In this document: one piece after another, positions 59,410 through 64,000 of the stretch
Layout: each line of letters begins with the position of its first letter
Position numbering within the stretch: position 1 is the first letter of the stretch
Assembly: GCA_963977015.1 (NCBI GenBank)
Contig: CAXBMO010000002.1
Location: 429,853-493,852, forward strand
Origin: an uncultured bacterium
Lineage (GTDB): Bacteria; Verrucomicrobiota; Verrucomicrobiia; Verrucomicrobiales; DEV007
Direction: 5' to 3'
Length of the DNA stretch: 64,000 bases
Translations under genes and position numbers: made by a program
The notes under the pieces: generated by a model
The model's database searches: none
Told to the model about the DNA's origin: nothing
The model's input: only the letters and a program-made list of their open reading frames with translations

Positions 59410-61716
59410 ATGAAGCTTGGCCACCTGTTATCCTTTCTGTTCCCCGTTCTTTGCCTGGCTCAGGAGCCCTTGCCGTGGCCGATTCTGAAAGCGGCCGTTG
59501 ACCAAACGCCACTCCCAGAAACACGCCCGCTCGAGTGGGAAGGCGATCTGGCCACGCGGATGGTCAATGGCGTCGATCGTTTTCTCGATGCACAAATCGC
59601 AGAACATCTCCGTTCGGCACAACCGGTCTCCAAGGAAGCCGGACCGGAACTCGCCGCGATGTTGGGAGTAACGCGCGATGCCCGGCCAAAGGCCAACGCG
59701 TTCGAATACGTGGATTGGTCGCCGGAACCGAGAGCCGAGGCTCCTGAGTTTACGGTTCGTCAGGTTCGCTGGAACGCGTTCGGAAATGTTCATGGGATCG
59801 GTCTGCTCTTTGAGCCGAAAGAAGCGGTTCCGATTGCGGACATCATCGCGTTGCCCGATGCCGATCAACTGCCTGAAGATCTCTGCGCGTTGCCCCCCTA
59901 CCCCGCTCCGCAAACCACGCCGTTTGCCCTGAATCTGGCTCGGTCGGGATGCCGCGTCCTGGTGCCGTTGTTGATCAATCGCGACGAAAACGAGTTTCTG
60001 ATGCCGAATCGGGAATGGTTGCATCGCCCCGCCTACGAATTGGGCCGGACGCTGGCGGGTTATGAAGTTCAAAAGGTTTTGGCCGCGGTGGATTGTCTTT
60101 TGGAAATGCCGCGGACTTCATCGCGGAAGGTGGGCGTGGTTGGATGGGGCGAGGGAGGACGGCTCGCACTCTACTCCGCAGCGCTCGACTCACGCATCGA
60201 TGGGGCTCTTGTCAGTGGCTACGTCGCTGCCCGTGGTGCGGTTTGGAATGAGCCCGCGGATCGCACGGTGTTTGGCTTGTTGCGGGGTCACGCGGATTGG
60301 CAGATTGCGTCGTTGATTGCGCCACGCGTTCTGGTGATCGAGGCGGGTCACAACCCTGAGTTCGCTTTTCGACCTGATGAAACCGGGAATCCGGAGCGCC
60401 TGGCCGAGCGACCAACCAAGCACGGGAAACCCGGGAAACTGATTTCAGCATCTCCCGAGCAGGTGGCGGGCGAAATCGCGAAACTGGAACTCTGGGAGGG
60501 CTTGGAACTTCAGACCACGGAAGTCGCGATTGCCGATGAAAGCTGGCTCACCTTGCTCAAACGATTCGGAGCGGAGCCGCGTTCCGATCTGGAAATTTTT
60601 GAAGCGCCGGAAGACGTCTACGATGTCGCGGTGGCGTCATTTCCGCACACCGATTTTGTCGCCGCGCGCCACGAAACGCAGATGGCGGAAATCGAAGCGC
60701 ACAATCAATGGGCGTTGATCGATGCAAACCGGGTTCGGGCTGAGTTTACGAGCGGTTTGAAGTTCGAAAACCTGGAAGCCTACCAGGCAAGCGCCGAAAA
60801 GTTGCGCGCGCAATTCAGCCGCGATGTGATTGGGGAGTTCGCCGCGCTTTCCGACCTTCCGTCTCCCAACCCTCGATCCCGAAAATATCAAGTTGGCCCC
60901 AAAACGGTTAGCTATGAGGTGGTTCTCGACGTTGGCCCTGATGTTTTTGCCTACGGAATTTTGACCGTTCCGCGAGATCTCGATGTACGCGGCTCGGAGA
61001 AGCGTCCCGTCGTCGTCTGCCAACATGGATTGGAGGGGCGGCCGCAAGACGTGATCGCGGAATCCAAGTTCAAGGCTTACAAGGCCTTCGCGACCCGGCT
61101 CGCGGAACGCGGTTACGTGACATTCGCCCCGCAGAACATCTACATCGGATTCGACCGGTTTCGGATTCTCCAGTTCAAGGCCAACGCGCTCGGCTGCACC
61201 CTGTTTTCCGTGATGGTGCCGCAACATCGCCAAATCACGAGTTGGTTGTCCGGGCTGCCGTTTGTGGATCCGGAGAAGATTGCCTTTTATGGGCTGAGTT
61301 ACGGCGGCAAATCGGCCATGCGAATCCCGCCTCTCGTCGATCGCTACAGCCTCTCCATTTGCTCGGCGGACTTCAATGATTGGATCTGGAAAAACGCGGC
61401 GATCGATCCCAAATCCCTTCGTTACAGCTACGCAAACAAGGGCGAATACGAAATGTTTGAGTTCAATCTCGGGAACACCTTCAACTACGCCGAGATGGCG
61501 GCGTTGATCTGCCCCCGCCCGTTTATGGTCGAACGCGGCCACTTTGACGGAGTTGGTCCGGATGAACGGGTGGCGCTGGAATTCGCCAAGGTGCGCTTCA
61601 ACTATGCGGCAAAGCTGGGAATTGGAGATCGCTGCGAGATTGAATGGTTTGCGGGACCGCATTCGATCCATGCGAAGGGGACGTTTGCGTTCCTTGATCG
61701 GCATCTACGCAAATGA
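59410..61716 (+). CDS. Secreted duplicated alpha/beta hydrolase (dienelactone hydrolase / acetyl esterase-like)
   Basis: AGGAGG RBS before ATG 59410; signal peptide; GWGEGG and GLSYGG elbows; HGLEG, ICPRPFMVERGH.D, GPH. Confidence 0.82.
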   Translation: MKLGHLLSFLFPVLCLAQEPLPWPILKAAVDQTPLPETRPLEWEGDLATRMVNGVDRFLDAQIAEHLRSAQPVSKEAGPELAAMLGVTRDARPKANAFEYVDWSPEPRAEAPEFTVRQVRWNAFGNVHGIGLLFEPKEAVPIADIIALPDADQLPEDLCALPPYPAPQTTPFALNLARSGCRVLVPLLINRDENEFLMPNREWLHRPAYELGRTLAGYEVQKVLAAVDCLLEMPRTSSRKVGVVGWGEGGRLALYSAALDSRIDGALVSGYVAARGAVWNEPADRTVFGLLRGHADWQIASLIAPRVLVIEAGHNPEFAFRPDETGNPERLAERPTKHGKPGKLISASPEQVAGEIAKLELWEGLELQTTEVAIADESWLTLLKRFGAEPRSDLEIFEAPEDVYDVAVASFPHTDFVAARHETQMAEIEAHNQWALIDANRVRAEFTSGLKFENLEAYQASAEKLRAQFSRDVIGEFAALSDLPSPNPRSRKYQVGPKTVSYEVVLDVGPDVFAYGILTVPRDLDVRGSEKRPVVVCQHGLEGRPQDVIAESKFKAYKAFATRLAERGYVTFAPQNIYIGFDRFRILQFKANALGCTLFSVMVPQHRQITSWLSGLPFVDPEKIAFYGLSYGGKSAMRIPPLVDRYSLSICSADFNDWIWKNAAIDPKSLRYSYANKGEYEMFEFNLGNTFNYAEMAALICPRPFMVERGHFDGVGPDERVALEFAKVRFNYAAKLGIGDRCEIEWFAGPHSIHAKGTFAFLDRHLRK

Positions 61717-61731
61717 ATTGGACTTCCGTTC

Positions 61732-61760
61732 TTGATTATTGTTTTTATGGATTTTATAAT
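61732..61760 (+). promoter_or_regulatory. Near-consensus sigma70 promoter
   Basis: TTGATT (61732-61737), 17 nt spacer, TATAAT (61755-61760). Confidence 0.6.
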
Positions 61761-61783
61761 CCGGAATCTTTTCATCGTTCCCC

Positions 61784-62077
61784 GTGGTTCCCATTCCTCT
61801 CCATCTTTCGTGTACGAGCTGTGGCTCTGAACTCGCGGTTGAAAAACCGGTCCCGGGCCAGATTCTCGAAGGACCATGCCCGTATTGCAACGACCATCAA
61901 CGATTCCAGGTTCCGTTGATGAGGCCAGCTCCGGCGCCAACCACAAATCCGGAACCAAGCCCCAAAAAGGCTGAGCGGAAGTCGAAACACACAATTGTCG
62001 ACATCGTTTCGATTGCCGCGATTGTGGGGCTTCTGATCGCGATTGCGGGGACAGCGTGGGCCAAGTTCAGCCTTTGA
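61784..62077 (+). CDS. Small zinc-ribbon protein with C-terminal membrane anchor
   Basis: CTSC...CPYC, Pro-rich linker, hydrophobic C-terminal helix; lies behind a consensus promoter. Confidence 0.65.
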   Translation: MVPIPLHLSCTSCGSELAVEKPVPGQILEGPCPYCNDHQRFQVPLMRPAPAPTTNPEPSPKKAERKSKHTIVDIVSIAAIVGLLIAIAGTAWAKFSL

Positions 62078-62969
62078 ACGGCAAGGTCTTGACTGGCGCA
62101 TCCTGAAACAGGATTCCCTTCGCTTTGGTCTTCCGGCGGAAAATTTTGTCGGCAGCGGCGACGTAGATGTAATTGAGGCCCGGCCCCGAAAACTCGATGC
62201 TGTTCACCCGAGGTTGCGGATTCGCAATGACGCCCCCGAGCCGCCCCGTCGGATCAAACATGTGGATTCCCACTTCCGTGGTCACGTAGTAGCGGCCGTA
62301 GGCGTCCGTGGTTGAACCGTCTCCCTTGCTGACTTCGGTCTCAGCATTCGGAGTTCGAACGGTCATGTAAGGTTGCGGATGAGCAAGACTTCCGTCCTCT
62401 TCAATCCGGAATGCCCAGACGTTTTTGCCACCGTGATCCGAGACGATCAAGGTGCCTTGATCCGGTGAGAGCGTGATTCCATTCGGTCTCACGATATTTC
62501 CTTCATGCACCGTGCGATGCACGCCATCCGGCGAGATATACTCGATTTTTTGCGGCTTGGTGTGGGTGAAATAGACTCCACCGTCATGAGTGACGACCAG
62601 ATCATTGGGCCGCACGTCTTCCAACAGGACTTCGACCTCTCCATCGGGAGAAACGGCAATGACGCGGCTCAACTTCCCCTGGCAGGCATAAATCCGACCA
62701 TCCGGACCAATCTGCATTCCGCTGATCGCTTCCAGTCCGTCGATGTAAACCGTGCGATTGCCGTCCGGATCCACTTTGTAGATTCCAGGACCTTCCTTCA
62801 TATCGCAGTAGTAAAAGTTGCCTTCCGCATCCGAGGCGCAGGCATCCGTGAATCCGTTGCCTTCACTGACGAGTTCCCATTCTTCGCCGTCGATCAAAAC
62901 TTGGGAAAGGGGCATGTCCTGGCCAACAACGACGCCGGCAACCAGGAAATAGAGGAGTATGTTTTTCAT
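62067..62969 (-). CDS. SMP-30/gluconolactonase family protein
   Basis: RPNDLVV, RPNGITLSPD, GDG.TTD..GR.YV; start at ATG 62969. Confidence 0.9.
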   Translation of the reverse strand: MKNILLYFLVAGVVVGQDMPLSQVLIDGEEWELVSEGNGFTDACASDAEGNFYYCDMKEGPGIYKVDPDGNRTVYIDGLEAISGMQIGPDGRIYACQGKLSRVIAVSPDGEVEVLLEDVRPNDLVVTHDGGVYFTHTKPQKIEYISPDGVHRTVHEGNIVRPNGITLSPDQGTLIVSDHGGKNVWAFRIEEDGSLAHPQPYMTVRTPNAETEVSKGDGSTTDAYGRYYVTTEVGIHMFDPTGRLGGVIANPQPRVNSIEFSGPGLNYIYVAAADKIFRRKTKAKGILFQDAPVKTLPFKG

Positions 62970-62979
62970 CTTCGTGAGG

Positions 62980-63846
62980 TTATTGAGTGTTCCAATCGCG
63001 CCAGATCCAGCGCAGCGTTTCCGGAAAAATCGCGCCGCCATGCCGGGAGCTGTGTTTGCCCATTCCCATCACGAACTTGTAATCGTAGCCGGAAAATTTG
63101 AGCGCCGCAGCCATTTGCTGGTTGGAGAGCGGCCAATGCCCATGGAGATTGTCCAAATCGTTCTCTCCGTCCTGGAGGAAGACGCGAATCGGCTTCTTCT
63201 CCGTTTTCCGGATCAAGGCAGGATAAACGTGGCCACCCCGAATATTGGTAAAGCTGCCAATGTGGCTGATGACTTTTCCGAAGGCATCGGGACGCTCCCA
63301 AGCCGCGGTGAACGCGCAGATGCCGCCCGAGCTGTTTCCGCAAATCACCCGCATCGCAGGATCATCACTGAAGCTGTAGGTTTTGGCGACCTCTGGCAGA
63401 ATCTCCTCAAGGAGAAATCTGGCATATTGATCGCCCAGCGAATCATACTCGAAGCTCCGATTTTTGCGCGGCGCCTGGTCCGCGTTGGCGGCCGGCACAA
63501 CGCCTGGATTGATGAAAATTCCGATGGTTGGCGGAATGGCACCTTCATGAATCAGGTTGTCGAAGACGATCGGAGCGTTAAAAGCTCCGTTCTCGCGAAC
63601 GAATCCACCTCCATCCTGAGCGATGAACAGCGCCGTCGGCGTTCCCTTCTCATACTGCTTGGGAACATAGACCCAGTAGTCGCGAACCGTTCCCGGGAAA
63701 ATCTGGCTGCTCCATTGATGCTGAGTCACGGTGCCTTTCGGAACTCCATCTTTCGGCATTGAATCCGGGCCTTTTTGGTAGTCCGCAGTCGCCCAACCGC
63801 AGAGCAGGAGCATTCCCGCAGAAAGGATGATGGTGAGGTTTTTCAT
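62980..63846 (-). CDS. Secreted putative esterase (Fes/antigen-85-like alpha/beta hydrolase)
   Basis: [24 protein letters not shown] nucleophile elbow, [16 protein letters not shown]; start at ATG 63846. Confidence 0.9.
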   Translation of the reverse strand: MKNLTIILSAGMLLLCGWATADYQKGPDSMPKDGVPKGTVTQHQWSSQIFPGTVRDYWVYVPKQYEKGTPTALFIAQDGGGFVRENGAFNAPIVFDNLIHEGAIPPTIGIFINPGVVPAANADQAPRKNRSFEYDSLGDQYARFLLEEILPEVAKTYSFSDDPAMRVICGNSSGGICAFTAAWERPDAFGKVISHIGSFTNIRGGHVYPALIRKTEKKPIRVFLQDGENDLDNLHGHWPLSNQQMAAALKFSGYDYKFVMGMGKHSSRHGGAIFPETLRWIWRDWNTQ

Positions 63847-64000
63847 CGTGGCAGTATCGAAAGGTCCCGCCCCTGTGCAAACGAGAAACTTGCTCCCCAA
63901 GCCTCATTTATGGCGCGATTAGCGAATTTCCTGCCAGGGCCGCCAGTCTTAGAGCTAGTGGCGCGAGATTTCCAATTCGCCAATCGTTGACACTAGGCTG

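Noticed and set aside
1-64000. CRISPR arrays, tRNA/rRNA genes, IS elements, prophage
   Set aside because: No repeat-spacer periodicity, cloverleaf-like intergenic sequence, transposase or phage structural motifs seen by eye; a tRNAscan/Infernal run would be the definitive check

Overview
GC-rich, gene-dense bacterial chromosome segment. The gene content (SHD1-domain proteins, DUF1552, planctomycete-type cytochrome c, DUF3500, a long TolC-like protein) suggests the PVC superphylum, most likely Verrucomicrobiota; this is an inference. There are about 50 CDSs, mostly housekeeping or PVC-typical: M16 protease, yebC, hslR, PPIase, glgB, xseA, ECF sigma, tatC, fucU, KGSA dehydrogenase, folC, cysteine desulfurase, xerC, hisF, cls, dprA, topB and hydrolases. 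A complete Wadjet (jetABCD) anti-plasmid operon lies at 9.9-16.6 kb. No rRNA, tRNA, CRISPR array or transposase was seen. The strongest novelty candidate is a pair of atypical Clp/Hsp100-like double-AAA+ proteins (16.7-19.0 kb and 31.2-34.5 kb). Both have tandem HicB-like N-terminal domains, a degenerate NBD1 Walker B, no GYVG pore loop and a retained LGF loop. The larger one ends in a class-I release-factor-like domain lacking GGQ, and the smaller one abuts Hsp15, which suggests a ribosome-associated AAA+ system. Other notable items: a TatC with two YajC-like domains, a His-rich repeat and a ComEA-like HhH domain; a bpX3-like TPR protein co-oriented behind Wadjet; local C-to-G skew switches flanking Wadjet and at dprA/topB; a candidate sRNA with two anti-Shine-Dalgarno motifs; and a membrane-anchored tandem pseudokinase. 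All domain calls are by-eye motif recognition, not database searches.
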